Source: Octopus bimaculoides (lineage: Eukaryota). Taken from it: a stretch of DNA of 33,167 nucleotides. Location: assembly GCF_001194135.2 (NCBI RefSeq), contig NC_068996.1, positions 5,200,627 through 5,233,793 on the forward strand, in the 5' to 3' direction. The notes under the pieces were generated by a model. It was not told where the DNA came from. It saw nothing but the letters and a program-made list of their open reading frames with translations, and did not search any database. Both the position numbers and the translations under genes were made by a program. Positions 1 to 12,017 of the stretch are shown one piece after another (position 1 is the stretch's first letter; every line of letters begins with the position of its first letter).

Positions 1-117
1 CATACGTATATACATACATATATACATATATATATATATGTATATATGTATGTATATACGTATGTATGTATGTATATTATGTACTCTCCCGTTGCTAGTG
101 GAACCAACAGAAAAGTA

Positions 118-302
118 CATTTAATAGACACACGATCTAAATATGAGCTACAATAAGTTTCATACTCTGGTAATACAGTATTCGGACGAGCTTGTATATT
201 GTGCAGGGTAGTGCACAGTACACTATAGAAGCTCGTACAACACCTGTACAACCAGACCCTGGAACATATTGTAGTTGACATTTAAATCGCATTTATTAAA
301 TG
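118..302. mobile_element. Foldback/MITE-like element with imperfect terminal inverted repeats
   Basis: 118-155 (CATTTAATAGACACACGATCTAAATATGAGCTACAATA) matches the reverse complement of 267-302. A nested inverted pair ACGAGCTT/AAGCTCGT lies at 186-193 and 229-236. Confidence 0.55.
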
Positions 303-392
303 ATATATATAAATGTGTGTGTGTGTGTGTGTATGTGTATAAATATATATATTATGTAAATTATATATTGACCGTTGACTGAACACTATTCA

Positions 393-556
393 ATTTTTTT
401 TCTCCGTGTTTTTCTCCTTGTCTCCGTATTCCTTCTGTTGAAGAGCGTAGCTCGAAACGTCAAAGACATTCCGTATTCCCGAGCGTCATACTAATACATC
501 CTTTTGTTATTTACACCACCTGTCCTCGTCTGTTGTTGTTTTTTCGTATATTCTCC
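393..556 (+). repeat. Dispersed repeat copy A, possibly a Penelope-like pseudo-LTR remnant
   Basis: Aligns along its length with the reverse complement of 7306-7458 (shared TTCTGTTGAAGAGCGTAG, TTCCCGAGCGTCA, ACTAATACA and CACCTGTC.TCGTC). Both copies end in (TA)n. The Penelope assignment is inferred only from the hammerhead-like motif. Confidence 0.6.
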
Positions 557-648
557 TATATATATATATATATATATATATACCTATATATACACATATG
601 TGCATACATACATACATACATACATACATACATACATACATACATACA

Positions 649-678
<30 letters not shown>
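557..678. repeat. (TA)n then (CATA)n microsatellite
   Basis: Direct reading. Confidence 0.95.
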
Positions 679-679
<1 letters not shown>

Positions 680-1585
680 TGGTGACATCTGGAATGTTGT
701 CAGGTACTCACTACACTCTAGCGGTCAAGAATGCGATCAGCAGAAGTTACAGAGAATTAGTAAGATGGAAATGTGACGACAGTATCGGGGAGATTGTGGA
801 CGTCGACTAAGTTGACATCTCTGGTCTTTCTGGGATCTGCTTTGGGCACTTTCCAGAAATTCATAAGTTGGTAGAGTGTTACAGTCTGTGCACTGTCAGC
901 TAACTTGAAGCACCATACAGACAATTTTGCTATAAAAGTGAACAGAATTTATTATTGTTAGAATTATTTGGTAAGAAAGTTGCTTACATTGCATTTTAGC
1001 TCATCACTCTATGAACTGGCGGTGAGGGGTGCAAAGCCATTGTAGTTTAGGAAAGGAAAGGAAGATCTTTGATAGGTATTTGGTAAGGAATCTGCCGATA
1101 AATCATTTGCCTTTTGTACAAGCTAATATCTTTAAATATATTTAACTTCCTTTGCCCTAATTGCTAATTTTAATTTGAAAACGCTTACTCTGTACCTTGT
1201 GGTATATTTCCATCTCTACTCAAAAAACTGCTTGAATGTCATTTTGACACCGACCAAGTTATATTTGTTCACACAGCGATTCGGCTTTTAAACTTTGTAT
1301 AATAATTTTCAAGCAGGAATTTGTTTTATAATTCTGAACTCTTCCACAGCTGCATGCAACTCTTCCTGTGAACACTAATAGCTTTTACAAAGACTTGTTC
1401 TCTTTAATTTCTGCATTCAGCAAATCAAATGTAATTAATAAAATAAGTATATTTGATCAAAGAGCTCGTTTCAGGCGCTTTCGACATAGAATGAATGAGA
1501 AATTTTTGAATTTAGTTAATCATCTTAACAGACATTTTAATTTTTAGTATTGTTGCTGACGTTTTTAATTTGTTTGCTTATATTT

Positions 1586-2062
<477 letters not shown>

Positions 2063-2088
2063 TTCATACATACTTAGATGGAGGATAC

Positions 2089-2816
2089 ATTTCTTTTATT
2101 AGCCACACAGGGCTCAACGAAGATGGGACAAATACAATGTAGAGCTTTTCTTTTTGGGAGGGGGAAGGAAGGAAAAAAAANNNNNNNNNNNNNNNNNNNN
2201 NNNNNNNNNNNNNNNNNNNNNNNNNNNNNNNNNNNNNNNNNNNNNNNNNNNNNNNNNNNNNNNNNNNNNNNNNNNNNNNNNNNNNNNNNNNNNNNNNNNN
2301 NNNNNNNNNNNNNNNNNNNNNNNNNNNNNNNNNNNNNNNNNNNNNNNNNNNNNNNNNNNNNNNNNNNNNNNNNNNNNNNNNNNNNNNNNNNNNNNNNNNN
2401 NNNNNNNNNNNNNNNNNNNNNNNNNNNNNNNNNNNNNNNNNNNNNNNNNNNNNNNNNNNNNNNNNNNNNNNNNNNNNNNNNNNNNNNNNNNNNNNNNNNN
2501 NNNNNNNNNNNNNNNNNNNNNNNNNNNNNNNNNNGCTACATTCACCCATCTTTTTTTGAAGCATTCACTAGACAAGACTTCCCTTTCTACTCTCAACTTC
2601 CTCTTCAGGTGATACTTGAAGAAGTTGATGAGAGATTGCCCAGAGAGGAAAGTCTTTGTCTCTAGACCTTTCAGACGCGTCCACCATACACATTCTTTCG
2701 CCATAGCCACAAGTACGATGAAAATAGCTCTTCCTTCCCGTTTAAAGGAAGGAGGCGCGACAATATTCACGATAGACTCGGCTGATAGACCGACTCGTCC
2801 CACACGCGATAGCAGG
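2089..2816 (-). mobile_element. 5'-truncated L1/Tx1-like LINE fragment (ORF2 C-terminus, gap, 3' end)
   Basis: The minus strand of 2535-2816 reads LLSRVGRVGLSAESIV...LVAMAKECVWWTRLKG...FFKYHLKRKLRVERE...FKKRWVNVA, resembling the post-zinc-knuckle C-terminus of L1/Tx1-clade ORF2. The region 2089-2180 resembles the 3' end of the copy at 13720-14485 and contains AATAAA. The interval includes N-gap 2181-2534. Confidence 0.7.
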
Positions 2817-2851
2817 ATAGATAGACAGACAGACAGACAGATAGATATAGG

Positions 2852-2903
<52 letters not shown>

Positions 2904-3199
2904 CACAGACAGACAGATATGCATACATATATACATATTCATATATGTGTGTGTTTGTGCGGATGAGTGTGTATCAAAAAATAAAGTAGCATTCCCACAA
3001 ATACATGCAAACACACACACACAGACATAATCTCATATCGTTGTTTGAATCATTAGACAGCAATCAAGCTGCAATAACAGCTTAAAGTGTTTTAGCCATT
3101 CACATCGATCCCGTCAGACTTTTAAAAGGTCGAATACTTGGTTCAGCGTTTTATGCTTAAAAACATAAAAGTTTAAATACAAACACAGACATATATAAG

Positions 3200-3243
<44 letters not shown>

Positions 3244-4221
3244 CGTTGTTTTTCTCTGTGTGTGTATGCTTATATACAGAAGGGATTAGATAATCCCAGC
3301 CTTTACTACAAGGAAGCTTGAAAACGATAGACGGCAATCTGAAATTGCATAAATGAGAATTTCTCTCGTAGGTTTCGAACAAGCAGAAAATCCATAAAAC
3401 TTACANNNNNNNNNNNNNNNNNNNNNNNNNNNNNNNNNNNNNNNNNNNNNNNNNNNNNNNNNNNNNNNNNNNNNNNNNNNNNNNNNNNNNNNNNNNNNNN
3501 NNNNNNNNNNNNNNNNNNNNNNNNNNNNNNNNNNNNNNNNNNNNNNNNNNNNNNNNNNNNNNNNNNNNNNNNNNNNNNNNNNNNNNNNNNNNNNNNNNNN
3601 NNNNNNNNNNNNNNNNNNNNNNNNNNNNNNNNNNNNNNNNNNNNNNNNNNNNNNNNNNNNNNNNNNNNNNNNNNNNNNNNNNNNNNNNNNNNNNNNNNNN
3701 NNNNNNNNNNNNNNNNNNNNNNNNNNNNNNNNNNNNNNNNNNNNNNNNNNNNNNNNNNNNNNNNNNNNNNNNNNNNNNNNNNNNNNNNNNNNNNNNNNNN
3801 NNNNNNNNNNNNNNNNNNNNNNNNNNNNNNNNNNNNNNNNNNNNNNNNNNNNNNNNNNNNNNNNNNNNNNNNNNNNNNNNNNNNNNNNNNNNNNNNNNNN
3901 NNNNNNNNNNNNNNNNNNNNNNNNNNNNNNNNNNNNNNNNNNNNNNNNNNNNNNNNNNNNNNNNNNNNNNNNNNNNNNNNNNNNNNNNNNNNNNNNNNNN
4001 NNNNNNNNNNNNNNNNNNNNNNNNNNNNNNNNNNNNNNNNNNNNNNNNNNNNNNNNNNNNNNNNNNNNNNNNNNNNNNNNNNNNNNNNNNNNNNNNNNNN
4101 NNNNNNNNNNNNNNNNNNNNNNNNNNNNNNNNNNNNNNNNNNNNNNNNNNNNNNNNNNNNNNNNNNNNNNNNNNNNNNNNNNNNNNNNNNNNNNNNNNNN
4201 NNNNNNNNNNNNNNNNNNNNN

Positions 4222-4548
4222 TTTTTTTTCTCTTTTTTTTTTTTTTACAAGTGTATTCTCAGAATTGGTCCGTTTATACTGGCCATTTTTCCAACAGTCA
4301 CCCATCTTTCAACGAATTTGCTATGAGACAGCACTTCCCTCTCTACTCTCATCTTCCTTTTCAAGTGGAACTTGAAAAAGTTGATGAGGCCTTGGCCAAA
4401 GAGGAAAGTGTCTGTCTTTAGCCCTTTCAAACGGGTCCACCATATCACCTCTTTCGCTACAGCCACTAGGCATAGGAAAATTGCCTTGCCCTCCTGGTTA
4501 AAGGAGGTCGGCGGGTCAATGGTAATAATAAATCAAGACGATCCCTGA
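4222..4548 (-). mobile_element. Second LINE ORF2 C-terminal fragment of the same family
   Basis: Reads ...FLCLVAVAKEVIWWTRLKGLKTDTFLFGQGLINFFKFHLKRKMRVEREVLSHSKFVERWVTVGKMASINGPILRIHL-stop, followed by an A-rich run into the gap. Clearly homologous to 2535-2816. Confidence 0.75.
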
Positions 4549-5649
4549 AATAAACGACTCCTTAAATCTATTCAAAACAGGTAAGGGAAACAATCTGAGA
4601 ACTCTCAAATCTTAGTCTGTTTATCTCTTTCACTGTTTATCTCTTTCACTTTCTCGCTTCCTTCCCCTCTCTCTTCTTCCCCCTCTCTTTTTTCTTCTCC
4701 CCCCTCTCTCTCTCTCTTTTATTCCTTTCGGATTTATTTACTCTTCTGTATATTTAACATATCTTCAATAATGATTCGTTCGAAATTTCTGATTTCGTTT
4801 TGAAATAGTCAATCTCTTTCCCTTTCAGTCTACAATTTTATTTGAGTTTATTTCAACTTTTTTTTTTCCTTTTAGTTTTTATTTATTTTCAATCTAGAAG
4901 AAATTTTAGAGCTTGCATTCATGATGAAAGTTCAGAATTTGGACACGTCAACTGGTGAAAGAATACGCCTAGTGTCTCTTTAAAAATCTCTCCCTAGTTT
5001 AACTTTAAATGACATTAACAGTGACGATCCTTTCAATGTTGGAGGACCTATGAAGACTACAAGTACAGTGTCCTTCCCCATTTAGCCGAGGCCACACAAA
5101 GAATGATTTTTTTTTGTTTTTTTTCTAGTTTCAACAAGTATATGAAGCGATATTAACCTCTTCTAAGTAACCAATCCCAGCCTGCTTTCTATAATTTAGC
5201 TAAAGGTCAAGCAAACAATCTCAGCTAATTAAAAAATAACAATTATCAAAAACCATCAAAACCGCACTTATTCGCTCGTTTCATCAAATTGCTTTTATTT
5301 ATCTCTCTCTATTGAATTTTTATCAAAACCATAAAAGTAATTTCAATTTTACCGCCACTATTCTTTAAAAGACGTTTTACTTGATGATAGTTATTCAATG
5401 TAAACATGTTGACAGTGTCTAATTAACCTTACTTTCTTAAGAAACGTGAATGTAAAACAAAAAGTGATAGCTTGCATGTGTATATATTTATGTATAAAAG
5501 TATAGATAAAGATATACACGCACGTGCAGAAAATACAAAGCTCTATTTTTGTGAGTGCGTACTTGTGTGCGTGTGTGTATGTATGTGTGTGTGTAATATA
5601 TATTGATACGCATGAACATACAAACATATATAGAACGAGGAAGAGAGAG

Positions 5650-5672
5650 GATGGACAAACAGACAGACAGAC

Positions 5673-5757
<85 letters not shown>

Positions 5758-5862
5758 GGATAGGATAGGTAGGTAGGTAGGTAGATAGACAAACGGACGG
5801 ACGGACAGGGTGGATGGATGGACGGACGGGTGGACGGATGGATGGATGGACAGACAGACAGA
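5650..5862. repeat. Compound tetranucleotide array ACAG/ATAG/AGGT/ACGG/ATGG
   Basis: Direct reading. Confidence 0.9.
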
Positions 5863-5908
5863 CTTAGAAATAAAGAGAGCGAGATACATATATGCATCTT
5901 CACACGTA

Positions 5909-5946
<38 letters not shown>

Positions 5947-6074
5947 TATACACTCATTATTCATTTTTCAATCTTCGATCGCATTGTTTACGTAGACTTG
6001 TTCGTAATAGAAACGTTGTAACTTTCAGTGGTGACTTTAAATGCTGAATGAAATCAACGCAAAGACTAGGATAG

Positions 6075-6175
6075 TTTCGGGGTCGATAAAATAAGTACCA
6101 ATGGAACACTAGGGTCAATGTAATCGACTGACTCCCACCCACGAAATTGCTGGCCTTGTGCTAAAAATTTGAAAT
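6075..6175 (+). mobile_element. 3' half of a tRNA-derived SINE (same family as 22883-23094)
   Basis: TTTCGGGGTCGATAAAATAAGTACCA...GGCCTTGTGC matches the reverse complement of 22883-23094. Confidence 0.7.
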
Positions 6176-6761
6176 CAGTTTATAAATATAAGACAAATAT
6201 ACCTCAAATCATACAAACCATGCAGGAAATATCTTTTATATGTGTGTTTATATATAAATATACGCACACTTACACACACACATATATATATATATATATT
6301 AAAAAGAACACATACACATACACATACACACACGCATATACACACATACATGTATGGTCAAATTGTATCCTTTGTAGAATACATTACCTGATACGTATGA
6401 ATGTATGATTTGAGGTATATTTGCCTATATTTGTCTTGTATTTATCACAGGTCAGTCTACGATAGGTTTGCAGAAGCTATCCTCTTTCGGACCAAATGCC
6501 TTTGCCATTTATTCACGGGTCTATGCATCTCTAGTTCAAATTCTATCCGGGTGACCTTGCATTTTCCACGTGTCGATAAAAGACATGCCACCAGTGATCA
6601 TTTAATGGACTATTCCCCAAAACAATTTTTTTTGTTCTTGCTCCGACGTCGAAAAATAATGTGTGTGTGTGTGTTTGTGTGTGTGCGCGTGTGCGTGTGC
6701 GTGTGTGCGCGTGCGTGTTTGTGTCTGTGTGTTAGTGTGTGTGTGTGTTTGTGTGTGCGTA

Positions 6762-6848
6762 TCTGTGCTTGTCCTCAAACACCGTTTGACAACTGTTGCC
6801 GGCGTGTTTACGTCCCGTAATCTAGCGGTTCGGCAAAACTGACTGATA
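6762..6848 (+). mobile_element. SINE internal fragment (Nin-domain-like)
   Basis: TGACAAC...GTGTTTACGTCCCGTAATCTAGCGGTTCGGCAAAA resembles my recollection of the Nin-type SINE central domain. There is no second copy in the window to confirm it. Confidence 0.4.
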
Positions 6849-6850
6849 TG

Positions 6851-6902
<52 letters not shown>

Positions 6903-6907
<5 letters not shown>

Positions 6908-6956
6908 TGATGAGTGGAACGAATCTTTATATTCTAATCACGAAACGTCGTACATG
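6903..6956 (+). ncRNA. Minimal type I hammerhead ribozyme motif
   Basis: CTGATGA at 6907-6913; stem II GTG/CAC (6914-6916 with 6939-6941) plus inner GAAT/ATTC; GAAA at 6942-6945; near-palindromic stem III ACGTCGT; GUA cleavage triplet at 6950-6952; stem I TATG/CATG. Confidence 0.6.
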
Positions 6957-7305
6957 ATTAACTAACGGCAGGTTTGTTTTCGTTTATCTTCTCTTCTATT
7001 TTGCTCTATGTGTGCCATAAATATCGCCATCCGTTGGAGAAAACATTGTANNNNNNNNNNNNNNNNNNNNNNNNNNNNNNNNNNNNNNNNNNNNNNNNNN
7101 NNNNNNNNNNNNNNNNNNNNNNNNNNNNNNNNNNNNNNNNNNNNNNNNNNNNNNNNNNNNNNNNNNNNNNNNNNNNNNNNNNNNNNNNNNNNNNNNNNNN
7201 NNNNNNNNNNNNNNNNNNNNNNNNNNNNNNNNNNNNNNNNTATATATTACTTTCTAACATTGGGGCAATACCAACTTATTTTATTATGTATGTATATATA
7301 TATAT

Positions 7306-7458
7306 GAAATTTACAGAAAAACAAAAGACGAAGACAGGTGTATGAACAACAAGCAGGTGTATTAGTTTGACGCTCGGGAAAGTAAGAAAGTCTTTTACAT
7401 TTCGAGCCTACGCTCTTCAACAGAAAGGATTAAGAGAAAATAAACAGAGAGAGAAAAA
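7306..7458 (-). repeat. Dispersed repeat copy B (same family as 393-556)
   Basis: Reverse-complement alignment to 393-556. Confidence 0.6.
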
Positions 7459-7699
7459 CTTGTGGATTTAGCGATTAAGCTTGGCGACTGGTTGTGGGGA
7501 AAATTATTTGATAGGAGCGGTAGAAAGAAGGGGAGATAATAAAGTATTAGTGATCCCAAAATGAAGGTGCGCGTGCGAGTGTTTGTATGTGAGAATTTTG
7601 TAAGTGTGTGAGTCTGGATAGGGGCTTGTGACTATGATATGTGGAAGTGTGCGTGAGTAAGTGTGTGCGTCTGTAATGTGTGGGTGTGTAGAGAACGTT

Positions 7700-7792
7700 G
7701 TGTGGGTGTGCGGATGATGGTGTGTGGGCGTGCAGATGATGGTGTGTGGGTGTGCAGATGATGGTGTGTGGGTGTGCAGATGATGGTGTGTG
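7700..7792. repeat. 22-bp minisatellite, about 4 copies
   Basis: Unit GTGTGGGTGTGCAGATGATGGT repeated with one or two substitutions. Confidence 0.85.
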
Positions 7793-9726
7793 GTGTAGGT
7801 AGTGGGAAGTGGTCAGTGCTAATGTGTGCGTGTGGAGTGTTGTGGAGTGGTGTGATGTGGTGTGGTGGTGTGTATATGTAAGATCCAGGGATCGAGGTGT
7901 AGGAAGAAAGTTAGCTTCAAGCAATCCTTAGTAAATATAAAACACAATTTTCAAGAACAATAGTGGTTTATTGAGACAGAGAGATGCAGATTTTTTTTCT
8001 TATCGGAGTACGATAAACTGAAAAAGTTCTTTTTATATTTCAGGGTAGGCGACCAGGGTTGCCAAGTGTGCGAATAGGAATACAAGAGTTACGGAATGAT
8101 GTGCAAAAGATCCAGTCTACATATCTTTCATAGCGAGCGGAACCTCAGAAGTAGTAAATATCTAGGCAAGGTGTATACCACAGGCTAATCTTCAGGTCAA
8201 GGATATCTTGATCAAATGGAAGTTTACATTATCGCAGGGAGGTACATGTTGATGCATAGAAGATAATTCTTGTGTGTATATGTGTGTGTGCGCGCGCGCG
8301 TGTATAGTTTAACTCTCTGGCAACTAACCTGATGAGGACTCGGTGATCTTCTGTGTTTTCTGTTTTCCTGTGTATTCAATAATGTTCGTTTATTTACTAC
8401 AGGTTTTTTTTTTAATTATATATATATTGGCCTGTCGAATCCTCCGTTTGTTGTCTCCTTTTTATTTAATCCTGTATATATATATATATATATATATATA
8501 TNNNNNNNNNNNNNNNNNNNNNNNNNNNNNNNNNNNNNNNNNNNNNNNNNNNNNNNNNNNTTAAAGACATATTTTTTAACTATATTAAAGATGTACATAG
8601 TTTGTTGATTGGGTATCTTCCGCACTAAAACAAATGAATATCATATCAACAGACAGCTTGTATTAGAAAAAAAAAATTAGCAGACGCGACAGTGTGAACA
8701 TATACAAAATTTATGGCCTTGGGTCGTGACGAGTGAGACATGGAGACGAGTTGTCATAATCCTATACAACAATATTCCATAAAACTTTTGTCTACACCTT
8801 GACTCTGGGAGACATACAAACACTCAAAGATGGTTATGCCTGAGAAATGGGCAAAAACGGAAGAATTTCTATACCACCTGAATTAACGTTATGAATTTAG
8901 TGAATTGACTTCCAACATGAATGGAAAGTAGATCGCATTATCGAAACATTGACCTTTTCATTTTCTTTTTATGCTGTTTTCATCGATCACCAAATTATAT
9001 TGGTGTTTGCTGTAACATTTCACTCACTCATCACTATAGTTATAACAAGGAATAATTGAAGGAGGATTTCGGATATTTCTCAGGTCGTCTATAACGAACG
9101 AAAAAGCCACTGACAGATATAATTCAAGTGGCATGGAAATTCTTGCATTTTTAGCCATTATTCTTGGTATCAGCCATCTTTGCGTATTTGTGTGTCTCTC
9201 AGAGGCCAGCTGGATACACATGCACATGGAAACATTTCGGGCTCTAAAATATTCATGCTTTTAATGATATTCTTTTGTAGATGGATGGTATACTCACTTG
9301 TAGAAATATATAAATGATAGAAATTATATTTAATGGTTTCTTCACAGGGGAAACGGTAACAAAACTATTGGAAGAGAGATACAGAGGAGGCAACTAAAAT
9401 TCATAGGTCGTGACAATAGGAAGCAGAGCAGCATGATAGCTTTCCCCATTCGCTAAAGATAAGAACTAAGTGATGGTGATAAACTGAGTGATGAATTTAT
9501 TCCTCCCTTCTAAAAAAGGGAAGTCTCACAGGATTCGACATTTTGCTGATTTTACTCACTCAATTTCATTTCATACTTAACTGGTTTTTACCTACGAGGA
9601 TTGGGTTTACTTTAGTCTATGACTTGATTGAAATAACTTGTCCAATGTGTTGCGCGGGAAGGATCAATCCCAAAACTACGTGATTATGAAGAGAACTCCA
9701 GCCAGAATGCAACAGCAGCGATCATG

Positions 9727-9769
<43 letters not shown>

Positions 9770-9988
9770 TCTTGCCAACAACTCTCCTTTTATCTCCCTT
9801 TCCTTAATGCCAAATCAGCCTTGGAGAAATTCTTGAGATTATCTCCCCTTCTCGTGTGGAGGTGATCGTAATTGCCATTTGGAAATTATAGTACATCTGC
9901 TAGAGAGGTCGAAATTATTTAATAAATCAATAATTTATATTGCATGGTATTTGACATACAGGTATTTCTCTATACATACATATACATA

Positions 9989-10045
<57 letters not shown>

Positions 10046-10354
10046 GTGTGTGTGTATGCATACATATTCAATATTATCTGGGTAATGACCACATAACGTG
10101 CATGTAAAAGCTCTTATGCTGTTATCGGCTACCATACGCTGTCACATAGTAGGGTTATTCCTTGAGCTGTACGAACATGTATAACTCCGTTAGTGTATGG
10201 AATTTATATAAGCGCCATATAAAGTTACACACTCATACACACAAACACACACACACTAACATACACACGCACATATATACATCTACATATATATATGTAT
10301 ATATGTGTATGTATTTATATATATGTATATATATATCTTTAAATATATATATAT

Positions 10355-10385
<31 letters not shown>

Positions 10386-11699
10386 TTAAAGATATATATA
10401 TATGTGTGTGTGTATGTGTGTGTGTGTGTGNNNNNNNNNNNNNNNNNNNNNNNNNNNNNNNNNNNNNNNNNNNNNNNNNNNNNNNNNNNNNNNNNNNNNN
10501 NNNNNNNNNNNNNNNNNNNNNNNNNNNNNNNNNNNNNNNNNNNNNNNNNNNNNNNNNNNNNNNNNNNNNNNNNNNNNNNNNNNNNNNNNNNNNNNNNNNN
10601 NNNNNNNNNNNNNNNNNNNNTATATATTTATATATATAAATCAGTGGTACTATTTGTCAATAGCAGGTGTACGTCTGTTGACATCTCTTTCGCCAGCCAT
10701 GTTTATAAGAGACTTAATAGCTAATAGTACTTCCAGCCAATAATGCATAAGATGATATATATATAGATAGGCATGTTGTCTTCTTATAATGCTAGTGTTT
10801 TCAAATACGGTGGCCTTGGAAAGGGAGAAGGTGCTAAACACTCACATTAGAGCATATCTCCATTTTCTTTCCCTACTTTCATAGAAAATAACAGAGACGA
10901 CAATGACGAAAACGTATCATAATCACTAAATGGCAATTAAGACCAGCCCTACTAGAGAAGAGATTCAAGAATTCTCTAAAATGATATGCTATTAAGTAAA
11001 GTGACCAGCCTATTGTCCAGCGATAAGAGGACAATCGTGATCAAGTGTTTCTGATTCAATAGCCTTCATCGATACGACACTTGCCTCATCTTATCTCATC
11101 TTATCTCATCTTATCTCTTGTAATCTAACGAGGTGATAAACAATGACAGAATGTCAATTGTATTATTGTTATGCTTCATTTAGCGTGAATTATCAACAAT
11201 AATATTGTATATACCAATCTCTTCATAACCAGTAGAAACGATATTACGAGTTATCTCCCATGTAATAAACATTTTCAAAGAGTATTTATTCATAAATTCG
11301 GACAGGAGTAACATTACCGTATAACTAATATGCAAACTGTACCAGGATTACTTATGAATAAATATATTCTATATTCGATATCAATCGTTTGAGTACCTAA
11401 TTCGTTTTTAAACAGGAGTAATGTTATTAACAACTATCCCAACAGCTATTCAATTACAGGAGTACTCATACAGAGACACATGTCAAATTTAGTAATAAGG
11501 TCAGGAGCATTTATAAATGTTTTCTTTTATTATTCATACAGGTACTAAACTTGCCAGCTGTTGGTGTTTGTCACGGGCGAGTATTAAGTCTACAAAGCAA
11601 GTGGACCTTAGCGCGATTGGAACTAGGATTCGCAAAGCGTTAGAACAAATAACACACAGTATCCAGTTCCGCCAAACCGCCACCCTGAACAGGTTCTTT

Positions 11700-11825
11700 T
11701 GTTTAAAGACCCCGAAAGGATGAAAAGTAAAGTTGATCTTTGACGGATTTGACCTTAGAGCGTAAGGAAACGAACAAGCATCAAGAAACATTGTATCCGA
11801 GATATTAATGACACCCTCAAGGCAT
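11700..11825 (-). mobile_element. Decayed SINE fragment (family of 22883-23094)
   Basis: GACCCCGAAAGGATGAAAAGTAAAGTTGATCTT.GACGGATTTGA is similar to plus-strand 22974-23020. Confidence 0.55.
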
Positions 11826-11851
11826 TCAATGAAAGGTGCATTCCGAATAGA

Positions 11852-11867
11852 AGTAGTAGTTGTGTTT

Positions 11868-11920
<53 letters not shown>
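11852..11920. repeat. (AGT)n microsatellite
   Basis: Direct reading. Confidence 0.95.
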
Positions 11921-11921
<1 letters not shown>

Positions 11922-12017
11922 TGAGAAAAAGGAAGAGGTGCAGGAGCCTTGTACTGAGGTAAATAGCATTAAAAAATGTGTGTATATATACGTACATACA
12001 CACACATGCACATATAT

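Noticed and set aside
679-1545. Complex sequence that looks like decayed transposon coding DNA
   Set aside because: Stops occur in every frame I read and I recognised no diagnostic motif. It needs TBLASTX or RepeatMasker.
8040-8265. Complex segment possibly derived from a retroelement
   Set aside because: No recognisable RT or endonuclease motif and no second copy in the window.
8328-8350. CTGATGAG hammerhead-like start
   Set aside because: No GAAA follows a stem II, so the core is incomplete.
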